64,000 nt of DNA from an uncultured Fibrobacterota bacterium (lineage in GTDB: Bacteria; Fibrobacterota; Chitinivibrionia; Chitinivibrionales; FEN-1185): contig CAVSQB010000003.1 of assembly GCA_963729895.1 (NCBI GenBank), positions 147,868 to 211,867 on the forward strand, written 5' to 3'. Positions within the stretch are counted from its first letter, which is position 1. The number at the start of each line of letters is the position of its first letter. Under the pieces are notes generated by a model. That model was given only the letters and a program-made list of their open reading frames with translations. It was not told the DNA's origin and ran no database searches. Made by a program: the position numbers and the translations under genes. Shown here piece after piece: positions 17,616 to 27,500 of this stretch.

Positions 17616-19953
17616 GGGAACGTTCTTTCGGATCGCCTTTTTGGATGACCGTTGCGCAATTTACCCCGTGGGGGGAGCTGAAAACTACGAGAATATACTT
17701 TTTGCCTCCCCATGTTTCCAACGAAGAGTTCAGCAACCCGAACGAGAGCGTGAACAGGGGGCCGGTGGCTTCCGCGAAGCCTATCCTCGAAGAAAGGTCG
17801 ATGGTAAACCCGTCCCGTTTCCCTACCGCCGCATCCACAGCCCCCGCTTCCCGCGCGCTGGCCGCGTTGCGGCACACCAGGCCTACGTCTCCGGCGCCGA
17901 TTTCCGCCTGGTCAAGCGCAGACCGGATGGTGTGCTCAAGGGACCGCTCATCCGCATCGGGAAGGATGCAATCGCCGGTGTCGGTGGAATACGCGCTGGA
18001 GCACACCGTACCCAGCACCGTTGCGCCCCGGATCGCGGCATTCGCTTCGGTTTCGAGCATCATCGCACATGCGCCCTCCGCACACGGCGTTGCGCCTGCG
18101 GCCATGAAACCCGCCGAATGCAGGTCCAGCAGAATCCTGTTGGATAGTTCGTCCACGCTGACACTCACCAATGCCTGTGCATGGCCGTTCTTGAGCGCGC
18201 AACAGGCAAACCCGAGCCCCATGAGGCCGGCGCCCGGACCAAAACTGAAAGTTGTGTTATGCCCGGTGAGACGCAACGCCTTGCATACGTTGCCTGCAAC
18301 GGAGTTCGGGACAATATAGGGAAAAGCAGCAACCCGGTCGATGCGAAAATTGGCGCGCAAGAGCGAACAAATGTGCTCGTCCTCCGCCCACGAAGGGCCG
18401 GCCGAAAGGTTCAGAAACAATCCTGCGTCGCACCGCGCGCCGTGGCTCTTTTCGCCGTAAGCATGCGCGAGCGCGAGCCGCGCGGCCGCCAAAGCGAAGA
18501 CGCTCGATGCGTCCATGTTGCGGATGTCAATACGGCGGTCGATGGATGCCATGTCGAAGGCGGGCACCATGCCCGCTCGAACCCGCAATGCGGGCCCGAG
18601 CGCAACCTCGCGCATCAGGTCTTTAGCGCAGGATGCGGCCTCGCACAGCCGGTCTGCGCCCAGTCCGGCCGGCGACACGAGGCCGACGCCGGTAATGACG
18701 ATGCGCCCGTTTGAGCCTGTTTCCGGCGGCGAATACGAGGGGTCAGGCGAAACCCGCGCCACGATGCTCGCATTGTTGCCGCCGAACGCAAAATTGTTCT
18801 TGAGCATTGGCCCACTGCGGCCTGCGAGACGGCCAGCCTCCGGGACGTAGTCGAGGACGCATCCGTCGCGGCGCTCCGTAAAATGCGCGGTGGGCGGCAC
18901 AAAACCCTTTTTCAGGCTCAGGATGCTTCCTACGATTTCGAGCGCGCCCGCCGCCCCCAGGCAATGGCCGATAATCGACTTTATTGAGCTTACCGGCAGC
19001 GCCGAAGCGTGGTGGCCGAACACCTTCCGGATGGCCTTGGTCTCGGCCTTGTCGTTGGCTTCGGTGCCCGTGCCGTGGGCATTGACATAACAAATTGACG
19101 AAGGCGACAAGCCGGCGTCGAACAGGGCGCGTTCCATCGCCAGCGCCTGTCCCGCTCCCGAAGGGTCCGGCGCGGTGCAATGGTACGCGTCGTTGCTGAG
19201 CCCGAATCCCATGATTTCGGCGTGAACCGTTGCGCGGCGCAACTCGGCGTGCGGCATGCTCTCCAGGACGCAGAACGCCGCACCCTCGCCCAGGTTGAGA
19301 CCCACGGGCCTGGAAAACGGCGCGCAGGTTCCTTCGCAGGTCGCCTTGAGGCCGTCGAACCCGGCAAGCGTCGTTTCGCTGAACGTGTCGCTGCCGCCCG
19401 CGAGCGCCACGTCGACAATGCCGAGCCGGATGAGGTCCGCGGCGAAACCGATTGCCGCAGCGCTCGCCGAGCATGCGGTGACCACCGTGGCGCTCGGACC
19501 GCAAATGCCGAACAGGAACGCGAGCGCCTTTGCCCCGCAGTAGTAGCGATTGGCGAACAATTCCTCTTTGGTGAGCGACGAGTCGCCCGAAAGGATTCTT
19601 GCGTAGCGAGCTTCTATGGTTTGCATGGGACCGCTGCACGTGGCAAACACAAGTCCCATCCTGTGCGAAAGTTCTTTGGGCGCGATGCCGGCGCCGCCGA
19701 TGGCCTGGCCTGCCGCGGCGGCCGACAAATGGACAAAACGGTCGAGCGAGCGCACGAAGGGGTCGGACACGAATTCTCGTTCGTCAAAGTCCCGGATGAT
19801 GCCCGCGTGCGTTGCGCGAAAGTGGGCAAGATGCGGCCGGCCGATGGGCGAAAACGAGGGCGTCCCGTGTACCACGGATTCGCCGAACGTGTCGCAGGAC
19901 GCGCCCGCGCTGCACACCGCGCCCATGCCGGTTACAACAACCCGCTGCCTCAC
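17608..19953 (-). CDS. Tandem ketosynthase: intact KS plus catalytically dead CLF-like KS
   Basis: KS1 has TACSAS, NAHGTGT, KSIIGHCLG and NNFAFGGNN. The second domain starts RIVITGVG, with the Cys site replaced (SFGPGAG) and the His residues absent. Confidence 0.9.
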   Translation of the reverse strand: MRQRVVVTGMGAVCSAGASCDTFGESVVHGTPSFSPIGRPHLAHFRATHAGIIRDFDEREFVSDPFVRSLDRFVHLSAAAAGQAIGGAGIAPKELSHRMGLVFATCSGPMQTIEARYARILSGDSSLTKEELFANRYYCGAKALAFLFGICGPSATVVTACSASAAAIGFAADLIRLGIVDVALAGGSDTFSETTLAGFDGLKATCEGTCAPFSRPVGLNLGEGAAFCVLESMPHAELRRATVHAEIMGFGLSNDAYHCTAPDPSGAGQALAMERALFDAGLSPSSICYVNAHGTGTEANDKAETKAIRKVFGHHASALPVSSIKSIIGHCLGAAGALEIVGSILSLKKGFVPPTAHFTERRDGCVLDYVPEAGRLAGRSGPMLKNNFAFGGNNASIVARVSPDPSYSPPETGSNGRIVITGVGLVSPAGLGADRLCEAASCAKDLMREVALGPALRVRAGMVPAFDMASIDRRIDIRNMDASSVFALAAARLALAHAYGEKSHGARCDAGLFLNLSAGPSWAEDEHICSLLRANFRIDRVAAFPYIVPNSVAGNVCKALRLTGHNTTFSFGPGAGLMGLGFACCALKNGHAQALVSVSVDELSNRILLDLHSAGFMAAGATPCAEGACAMMLETEANAAIRGATVLGTVCSSAYSTDTGDCILPDADERSLEHTIRSALDQAEIGAGDVGLVCRNAASAREAGAVDAAVGKRDGFTIDLSSRIGFAEATGPLFTLSFGLLNSSLETWGGKKYILVVFSSPHGVNCATVIQKGDPKERSHG

Positions 19954-22900
19954 GATAAACCTGCCCCCGTTGAAAGAATGAGTGCATAGTTATAGCCCAC
20001 GTCGGTGCTTGCAAGGGCAATCGCGTAGCGCGGCGCAGAAGGTATTTGCCTTTTATCAATATCAGCCGCGCCCGTATTCTGGGGCCACAGCCCGTTGCCG
20101 TCACGCAGGGCCTCAAGCGCGCAGGCGATGGTTACCAGAACAGACGCGGTTTCGATGTATCCCGTATTGAACGTGGTTGCAGCCAGGGGAACGCCCGGCA
20201 TTGCCCGTGCTGCCAGCACATCGAGCACTTTCTTGTCCTGGCAGTTTCCTTGCGGGGCCCAGAGGGCAAGTCCCATGTCCCGCCACTGCAGCCCGGCCCG
20301 GGAGAGCGCGACGGCGCAGGCATGGTTGAGGCCGTCGCAATCCAGGCTTTGGCGCGAAAATTCTTTACCGTCAATGCTCATGCCGTAGGAAAGCACCTCG
20401 GCAAGAACCGGAGCGCCGCGTTCGGCAGCGCTTTCCATCGTCTCGAGCACGAGCGCCGCGGCGCCCTCGGCAATCACCTTGCGCCTGGGCTCGGCAAGGT
20501 CGAGCGCATACGATGATTCGGCCGCGCCCTGCCTGAGAAAGCCGATCAGGTCGTAATTGTAAAACATTTGCCGGTATACCTCGTCGGACCCGGCCGCCAG
20601 CATCGCCTTTGCGCGGCGTTGGCGCAGCGCATTGTACGCGTACGCAGCACTTGCAAGTCCGGCATGAGGGCCCGGAGCAACCGTCATGTTCACGCCCCTG
20701 ATGCAGAGCGCATTTGAAACCCAGCCTGCGGTGGAGTTGGCGGTAATGTTTGAAAAACAATTGATGTCGGCCTGATAGTCGTCCGATTTGAAAACGCTGT
20801 TCATGTGGTCTGATTCGGGCGGGCCGTTGCATACGCCCATCACGATGCCGATATCGTCGCAGTTCTTCTGACCGATGTGCAGGCCGGCGCTTTCGAGCGA
20901 AAGCCTGGACGCGGCGGTTGCGTACCTGCTGATGGCGTTCATGCCGGAAAAGTCGAGCCTCCGGTCGATGTTGTGCGCCGTAAACTCCTGCACCAGTCCC
21001 GCGAGCTTCGATGCCGACTCCCGGCACCCGAGCCGGTCCGCCGGACCGATGCCGACGCTCCCTTTTCTCAGCTCGCTCAGCGTTTTTTTGACCCCGAGCC
21101 CGAGCGAGGTCACCGTGCCGGTCCCGGTGATAACCACCCGGCTCATCTTCCGGGACCGGGGCCGGACCTGAAAATCCCATTTCGCAATACATGCCGCGGC
21201 ATTGTTGCCGCCGAACGCGTAATTCGCAGAAATAAATGCGCCGTACTTTTTTTTCCGCGCGGTGTTGGGAACATAGTCCAGGGTGCAACCGGGCCGGGGC
21301 GCGGAGAAATTGAGCGTGGGCGGGACAAAATCTTCGTTCATGGAAAGCAGGTTGCACGTCGCCTCAAGAATGCCCGTGGTGCCCATGCAGTGGCCGAAGA
21401 AAGACTTTGTCGATGTCACGGGGATCTGCGAGGTCCCGCAGAATTTCGCTATGCCCTTTGATTCGGCGCGGTCGTTGGCGTCGGTGCCGGTGCCGTGCGC
21501 ATTGATACAGCCGATGTCACCAAGCGCCAGGCCGGCGTCGGCGAGCGCGTCTGTCAGGGTTTTGTAAACGCCTTCTCCCCGGGGATCTGGCGACGTGGGA
21601 TGATAGGCGTCAGAGGTAAGCGAATGGCCGGCCACTTTTCCGTAGATCCTCACGTGTCGCAGAAGAGCCTGTTCCATGTCTTCGAGCACCCAGAAGACCG
21701 AAGCCTCGCCTATGTTAAGTCCCACCGGCAGAGAAAACGGGGCCGTCCGGCCGGTCGACAACGCCTTGAGGCCGTTGAAGCCGCTGATGTTCGCCACGCA
21801 CAGGGTGTCCGATCCGCCGACCACAACCGTGGTATACAATCCGAGATTGACAAGCGAGGCCGCGAGCCCGAGGGCGCCGGTGGTGGACGAGCACGCCGTG
21901 GTGACGATCCACGTCTCGCCGCCGATACCGAGGCCGCGCGAGAGCGCCTTGCCGAACCCGTAGTACTGGGCCTGCAGGTTCATCTTCTCGTCGAAAACCC
22001 TGTTTCCTTTGCAGTGGAGCCATTTGTATTCCTCCTCCGCCGAAAGAAGGCCGCCGTTGCACGTGCCCAGAACGAGCGCGATGTCGCGGCGTGCGGCCAT
22101 GGGCCTGGAATCCAATCCTGCGCCGGCAAGCGCCTGCCGCGCCGAGGCGAGCGCGAACCGCAGGTAGCGGTCATCGTATTCCGAGAGTTCATCTTCGTCA
22201 AGATAGTCCCTGGCGTCAAAATCCCGTATCTCACCGCCGAGATTGGTGCGGAAATGGCCCGCGTCAAAATGCGTGATGGGCGATAGTCCGTGCCGCCCTT
22301 CCCGGAGCGCTGCGGTAATCGAGCCGCAGTCGTTGCCGATGGGACTCAACACGCCGATGCCCGTCACCGCGGCCTGGCCGCGCACGCCCTGGCGGTTGAG
22401 GGGCTTGCCCACCACCTTGCGTCCGTCTTTCCACGTGGCGGGCTCCAGGCTTGCCGAATGGGAGTCTTTCTGGAGTTTGTAGAAACTGTTCCACGCGCCC
22501 ACGAATTCCCCGTACAGTTCGTCCCGCGTCATGTCGAGCGGCTCGAACACCACGTGCGCGCCGTTGTAATGCGACCAGGTTTTGTCCACGATCCGGTTCT
22601 GGCGGTCGAGCCTGTCCCAATGCACGCTCCCGGGGTATGGCGTGAAAATGAAAAATTCCGAGGTGTGAATGTTTGCCTTGTCGAGGAGCTCCACCGCCCT
22701 GTCGCCGATGCCTTTTTTGTCCCAGTCGCGGCCGATGGCGCAGGACGCAAAAAAGTTGATCTCGCGGTCCTGGAGCTTCTTCACAAGATCAAACAGCATC
22801 TGCCGCTCTTTGGCCTCGCCCGCGATCGCACGTATCGACACCGGGTCCACGTTGAGCGTGCAGTAAAAATTCCGTACGCCGGCTGCCGCCATGAGATCGA

Positions 22901-23699
22901 GGAAAACACCGTCGGTGTTGAGGGCCATGGTGGAGGAGACGAAGTATTTCTTCTTGAGCGGGACAAGCGCCTTTAAAAGCGCACGCGCATAGTCAACCAT
23001 TTTCCGCTGTGTAAAGAAGAGGGTGTCGTCGGCAAGGTACACGTTTTCGTACTTGAGCTGGCGAATCTCCTCGACAACTTTATCGATGGGCCTCAACCGG
23101 ATCTTGCTTCCCATGTGTGCGGGAACGGCGCACATGGCGCAGGTGTACGGGCACCCGCGGGTGAGCTGGACAAGGTCTTCGTCCCAGTCGTAGTACGTCT
23201 TGGAATAGAACAGGTCGCGCCGCGGGATCGTCATGTTTTCCAGGTTGAACGAGCATCCGCCTTTGTAAATCATTTTGAGGCCGCCGGCCGCCGCATCGGC
23301 GCAGATGCCGGGCCAGGTAGGCTCGCCTTCGCCGATATTCACCGAGTCTGCATGCGCGAGGCATTCCTCGGCCATGAAGGACGGAAAAAAACCTCCCATG
23401 ATCACCTTGACGCCGCGGGCGCGGAACCCGTCCGCCAGTTCGAACGCCCGCGTGGCCTGGGGCGTAAAGCAGTTGATCGCAACAAGGTCGGTTGGTGCCG
23501 AAAAGTCAACTGCGTCGCCGGCGTTGTCGTCGATGAGTTCCACCTCGATCCCGGCAGGGGTTATCGACGCGAGAATAGGAATGCCCAGAGACGGCGGCGT
23601 GGTAAAATCGCCGAGAAAATAATCGATGAGGCCCCGGTCGAGCTCGGGATTATTAGTGAGGAACTTCTCGAATCGCGGATAGACAAAGGTAATTTTCAC
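19950..23699 (-). CDS. Fusion of B12-binding radical SAM, intact ketosynthase and CLF-like KS (~1249 aa)
   Basis: B12-binding-like N-terminus (DLVAINCFT..VKVIMGGFFPS) and RGCPYTCAMC (CxxxCxxC). KS has TACSS, NAHGTGT, KSFFGHCMG and YAFGGNN. The C-terminal KS-like domain lacks Cys/His. GTG start at 23699 is inferred. Confidence 0.88.
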   Translation of the reverse strand: MKITFVYPRFEKFLTNNPELDRGLIDYFLGDFTTPPSLGIPILASITPAGIEVELIDDNAGDAVDFSAPTDLVAINCFTPQATRAFELADGFRARGVKVIMGGFFPSFMAEECLAHADSVNIGEGEPTWPGICADAAAGGLKMIYKGGCSFNLENMTIPRRDLFYSKTYYDWDEDLVQLTRGCPYTCAMCAVPAHMGSKIRLRPIDKVVEEIRQLKYENVYLADDTLFFTQRKMVDYARALLKALVPLKKKYFVSSTMALNTDGVFLDLMAAAGVRNFYCTLNVDPVSIRAIAGEAKERQMLFDLVKKLQDREINFFASCAIGRDWDKKGIGDRAVELLDKANIHTSEFFIFTPYPGSVHWDRLDRQNRIVDKTWSHYNGAHVVFEPLDMTRDELYGEFVGAWNSFYKLQKDSHSASLEPATWKDGRKVVGKPLNRQGVRGQAAVTGIGVLSPIGNDCGSITAALREGRHGLSPITHFDAGHFRTNLGGEIRDFDARDYLDEDELSEYDDRYLRFALASARQALAGAGLDSRPMAARRDIALVLGTCNGGLLSAEEEYKWLHCKGNRVFDEKMNLQAQYYGFGKALSRGLGIGGETWIVTTACSSTTGALGLAASLVNLGLYTTVVVGGSDTLCVANISGFNGLKALSTGRTAPFSLPVGLNIGEASVFWVLEDMEQALLRHVRIYGKVAGHSLTSDAYHPTSPDPRGEGVYKTLTDALADAGLALGDIGCINAHGTGTDANDRAESKGIAKFCGTSQIPVTSTKSFFGHCMGTTGILEATCNLLSMNEDFVPPTLNFSAPRPGCTLDYVPNTARKKKYGAFISANYAFGGNNAAACIAKWDFQVRPRSRKMSRVVITGTGTVTSLGLGVKKTLSELRKGSVGIGPADRLGCRESASKLAGLVQEFTAHNIDRRLDFSGMNAISRYATAASRLSLESAGLHIGQKNCDDIGIVMGVCNGPPESDHMNSVFKSDDYQADINCFSNITANSTAGWVSNALCIRGVNMTVAPGPHAGLASAAYAYNALRQRRAKAMLAAGSDEVYRQMFYNYDLIGFLRQGAAESSYALDLAEPRRKVIAEGAAALVLETMESAAERGAPVLAEVLSYGMSIDGKEFSRQSLDCDGLNHACAVALSRAGLQWRDMGLALWAPQGNCQDKKVLDVLAARAMPGVPLAATTFNTGYIETASVLVTIACALEALRDGNGLWPQNTGAADIDKRQIPSAPRYAIALASTDVGYNYALILSTGAGLS

Positions 23700-23829
23700 G
23701 AGGTACTCGCCTTTGAAAATGAAAAAAACCTTCCCCGGGAACATAAGGGGAGGTGATAAAAATAAACCATGTATACAGGTAGATTGGATTCTAAAGGATT
23801 TCCACAGGTTTTGAATCAGGAGGAAATAG

Positions 23830-23864
23830 ATTGAAGAACCCCGAAGCAAGCTTCGAGGAAAAGG
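23830..23864. repeat. 35-bp dispersed repeat (family B)
   Basis: ATTGAAGAACCCCGAAGCAAGCTTCGAGGAAAAGG matches 55865-55899 at 33/35 positions. Confidence 0.7.
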
Positions 23865-23977
23865 CGGACGCAACGTAGTGACAAAGGGCAAAAGGCATAA
23901 TGGAAGGTGCGAAGCACCATTACCACACCCTTAATAATGAAATGACAATGCGCTCGCTGTGGGATTCAACGTGATAG

Positions 23978-26083
23978 TCACCTGTGACGTTCCGACCCCA
24001 TAGTAACCTTCAATACCTTTGACCAGCCATCGCCGGACACCCGCAGCAATACGATGTTGTTCGAAACCATGCCTTGGTAAATCGGGAGACTCTGCGTTCC
24101 TTTTGCGAGATATCTATCCACTAGGATTTTCTGCAGCCTCCCATCGATTCCAAATTCTTCTATGCGTACGCGCTGCGAAGAACCCAGCACAAGTGTTATT
24201 CTATTTCCGGTTATTGTTGCCGCGCTTTTCATTCCCGCTGTGCCGGTTGCCCGTAACAAGGAGCCGTTAACCGAAACCGGCCTGTCGAGCCGGTACACGA
24301 ACCCGCTGTCGATAATGGCAAACACGTATTTCTCCGTCGGCAGGAGCGCTGCAACTTTCTTTGCGGGAAGACCTTGGCCCAAAACCGTCCAGTTTTTTCC
24401 GGTGTCGGGCGAGGTATAGACCCCGGTAGAGGTTACGACGTACAAATCCGTCCCGTACGAGGTGAAAGAACTCACCGTGCCTTCCCATTTCAACGCTATC
24501 GCAACCGGATTCCATGAAGCGCCCTCGTCAAATGATTGAATCATTGATTCAACGGCTAACGAATCGATAATGCCGTCCCCAATGGCAACCACGAGGTCTT
24601 TCCCGAGCGATGTCATGATCGGAATGCCGGACGGTTTGGGCATCTTCTTCCAAGTAGTTCCGCTGTCTGCAGTGAGGCGCAGATCCGCACCCGTCTGGAC
24701 AAGCACTCCGCTGCGGGTAAGGAACAGCTTTCCCAGCTCCGGATATCCGCACATGTCCCTGGGCAGAGAATCGCCGCAGGCCGTCCAGGTTGCCCCGCTG
24801 TCGATGCTCCTCAGCAAAGTCAACCCGCCGCCCTTCATCATGAATGCGCCGTTTGCCACCATGCCTTCCGCCGCCCGGAGAAAGGCATCATTGTCGTTGG
24901 CGGACGGCTGGATCGGAATGGTCCACCCCGCGTCCGCCCATTGTGACACGTAGCCTGACGCATAATAGTAGTTGTCAACAAATTGATTATAGGGAGCTGC
25001 ATACGAGGCCAAAACGGTGTCTCTGCGGCATCCAAGCACGTTAAACAGATGAGGAGGCATTCCCTGGGAAGAAGATGTCCATTCCGATGCACCCTGCGCC
25101 CGGCCGAGTATTCCGTTCCAGTTGGTGCCGGCAAGAAGCGTGGTGCCCGCCCGGCGAAAGCATGTCCATGAGAGAAGCGACGAAAAATCAATTTTCCGCA
25201 AGGTTGATCCCCTGTCGTCACTCGCCATTGTGCCGGAGTCGGTTTGCAGGTAACAGATGCCGCCCGATTCTTGGATATAATATACCCCAACAGATTTGGT
25301 CCATGTCTTCCCCTTGTCAAAAGACCTGAACAGCGAATCGGGGTGTATTGCGGCAAGAAGCGTGTCTCCGCCATGCACCATTCCGGCAACACTGCAATAA
25401 TTCAAGACCGGGTTCCAGGTTTTCCCGTTATCCGCTGACCGTGCTATGCAGTTTGCCGTGGCAAGCACAAACTCGGAATTGTACCTGACCAGCACGCCGG
25501 CGGAACAGAAACCGATCGGGTATTCAGGGGAACCACCCAAATAACTGATGCTCGTCCAGGCGCTGGATTGGGCGTTTCGCCGGTAGAAGTTGTAGCCGTT
25601 AAGCGCGAATATCGTGTCGTGATCAACGGTGTAGGCCCAGCAGTCCGACAATGTGTCGAAATTCCATGTTTTTCCGGAATCCGATGAGCAGATGAGTTTT
25701 CTTGCATAGCCGCAATCCTGCGGAGGGCCGAAGTAACAGATTACAGGTTGACCCCAACACTCGGGAATCTCCACAGAAAAAGGAATTCCAAGTCCTGCAA
25801 TCATTTCGCTTCCGCATTCTGAAAACGAATACACCTGCCTCTGATAAGAAAACGGCGCGGAAAATACCTGCGCCCAGGCCAGGGGGTTGGGAGAAGACCG
25901 GTAAATGCAGCCATCATCAGTTCCCGCATACAGGTACCCTCGGATTGAATCAATGGAGGAAATTGTTGCGCTGGAGAAATCCGGGCCCTGCAGTGAACTC
26001 CACAACGGAACCTGGCCCGCTGCACACAGCGTCGAAAAAGAAAAAATCAACCATGTGACCGCGCATCCAAAAATCAGCTTCAT
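23978..26083 (-). CDS. Secreted BNR/Asp-box beta-propeller protein with a C-terminal FlgD/T9SS-like domain
   Basis: GGGGAGG RBS, signal peptide, repeated SxDxGxTW boxes, C-terminal VRIEEFGIDGRLQKILVD. Confidence 0.8.
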   Translation of the reverse strand: MKLIFGCAVTWLIFSFSTLCAAGQVPLWSSLQGPDFSSATISSIDSIRGYLYAGTDDGCIYRSSPNPLAWAQVFSAPFSYQRQVYSFSECGSEMIAGLGIPFSVEIPECWGQPVICYFGPPQDCGYARKLICSSDSGKTWNFDTLSDCWAYTVDHDTIFALNGYNFYRRNAQSSAWTSISYLGGSPEYPIGFCSAGVLVRYNSEFVLATANCIARSADNGKTWNPVLNYCSVAGMVHGGDTLLAAIHPDSLFRSFDKGKTWTKSVGVYYIQESGGICYLQTDSGTMASDDRGSTLRKIDFSSLLSWTCFRRAGTTLLAGTNWNGILGRAQGASEWTSSSQGMPPHLFNVLGCRRDTVLASYAAPYNQFVDNYYYASGYVSQWADAGWTIPIQPSANDNDAFLRAAEGMVANGAFMMKGGGLTLLRSIDSGATWTACGDSLPRDMCGYPELGKLFLTRSGVLVQTGADLRLTADSGTTWKKMPKPSGIPIMTSLGKDLVVAIGDGIIDSLAVESMIQSFDEGASWNPVAIALKWEGTVSSFTSYGTDLYVVTSTGVYTSPDTGKNWTVLGQGLPAKKVAALLPTEKYVFAIIDSGFVYRLDRPVSVNGSLLRATGTAGMKSAATITGNRITLVLGSSQRVRIEEFGIDGRLQKILVDRYLAKGTQSLPIYQGMVSNNIVLLRVSGDGWSKVLKVTMGSERHR

Positions 26084-26146
26084 GTGTTCCTCCCCTTGTT
26101 GAGCGGTATCGGGGTGATGTTTAAAGTCGTTTACGTGCCCCTGCTC

Positions 26147-26261
26147 TTGAATGCCTCAGCCCGCGCAATCCCCGCGACTTGGCGCGGGGTTAGCGGGCGA
26201 TTACAAATATCTTTTCCTAAGGCAAGGAAGAATCCCCGCCACTTGGGGCGGGGTTCTTCAA
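26147..26261. repeat. Non-coding element with two related hairpins, resembling IS200/IS605-type ends
   Basis: AATCCCCGCGACTTGGCGCGGGGTT and AATCCCCGCCACTTGGGGCGGGGTTCTTCAAT. The right end is the reverse complement of ATTGAAGAACCCC. Confidence 0.55.
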
Positions 26262-26342
26262 TATACCACCAGGCGCACCGCTATGCAATGGGCCCATCAA
26301 CAAAACGTTTTCTGTTAGAAAACATTGGAGAACAAGAAACCG

Positions 26343-27500
26343 TTAGGGAAAGAGCCACCTGCCGATGCCCTCGATTTCCGGGTTGGCGCCGTTTTTCCAG
26401 GGGCCGGGATGCCCGGCAATGTACTCGTGAACCGAAAGGCCGAGGGCAAGCGGGATGCGCAGCGCGGCAGGGATGCCGGATTCCTCAACGCTTTGCACCT
26501 TTACAGGATCAAAATAGGTGGTAAGATAGTCGAGCAGGGTGAGATTGTTGGCCCCGCCGCCCGACACCCGGATCACTTCGGGCGCCAGTACGTGGCGGTA
26601 TTCGCGTTTGAAGAATTCGAACGCGGTCCGAGCCGTGAGAGCGGTGAGCGTGGCGATTTTGTCGTACGGAGAAAGGGCGGCAACAAGCGGCGACTGATAG
26701 CTTGCCATGACGTCCTGCAAAAAGGCATGTTTTGGAGAAGGCCGCAAAAACCATTCCTGGGACGCAAGCACTGTGACGCAGGCGTTGTCCACCGTACCCT
26801 TTGCCGCAAACGAGCCATCCCGGTCGAAGCCGTCGGGGCAACCCGCCTCGCGCGCAGCACGGTCGATGAGGCACGTGCCCGGCCCGATATCGCTGTCGAG
26901 CACGGTGGTCATCGCCTGATTGTCAACAACGGTGATATGCGCGATGATGCCCATGTTGAGGTATATGGATAGGGGCTCCACCTGCTTTGCGATCTTGACG
27001 TTGCCCGGAAACAACGGCAAGTGGCCCGCAGTGCCTGCCAGGACGCCGTGCCGGGCAAAATCGGTGATGACCGGTGCGTCCAGGGACGACGCCAGGAGCT
27101 GGCCATCCCCAAGGGACACGTCCCAGCAGCGGGCCTGCTGCGTGTCGTCCACGAAACCGCTGTACAACAGGCACCTGTTCATCACCGTGCAATGGGGACT
27201 ACGTATTGACTTGTGAGCATGTGAAAGAACGGCCTTTGCGCATTCCAGAAACAGGTAGGAAAGCTTCCGGTCGAGCCAAGCTATCTTTCCCATCTCCAGA
27301 GCGGCATCCGGCGTAAGCGTCACGGTTTCTATGATCTCTTCAACGGAATCGGGATAGGGCAGCACGGCGTGCGCCAGCGACTCCCATGCATCGCCTTCAA
27401 CGGCTATGTAGATGCCCTGAATGCCGCTCTGCGGTCCGCCCGCGGACAAAATGAGCATCCGCAGTTTCTTGGTCTTTCTGAGCCTGCCGATGACGTTCAT
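26343..27500 (-). CDS. Divergent anhydro-N-acetylmuramic acid kinase (AnmK)-like protein
   Basis: VITDF, DIGPG, FDRDG..AAKG, SPK and SGGGANN match the AnmK layout. The N-terminal motif is degenerate. Confidence 0.7.
   Translation of the reverse strand: MNVIGRLRKTKKLRMLILSAGGPQSGIQGIYIAVEGDAWESLAHAVLPYPDSVEEIIETVTLTPDAALEMGKIAWLDRKLSYLFLECAKAVLSHAHKSIRSPHCTVMNRCLLYSGFVDDTQQARCWDVSLGDGQLLASSLDAPVITDFARHGVLAGTAGHLPLFPGNVKIAKQVEPLSIYLNMGIIAHITVVDNQAMTTVLDSDIGPGTCLIDRAAREAGCPDGFDRDGSFAAKGTVDNACVTVLASQEWFLRPSPKHAFLQDVMASYQSPLVAALSPYDKIATLTALTARTAFEFFKREYRHVLAPEVIRVSGGGANNLTLLDYLTTYFDPVKVQSVEESGIPAALRIPLALGLSVHEYIAGHPGPWKNGANPEIEGIGRWLFP

Noticed and set aside
23700..23891. N-terminal extension of the 1313-aa ORF
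   Set aside because: It runs through AT-rich intergenic DNA and a dispersed repeat. Similarity to B12-rSAM proteins begins at VKITFVYP.
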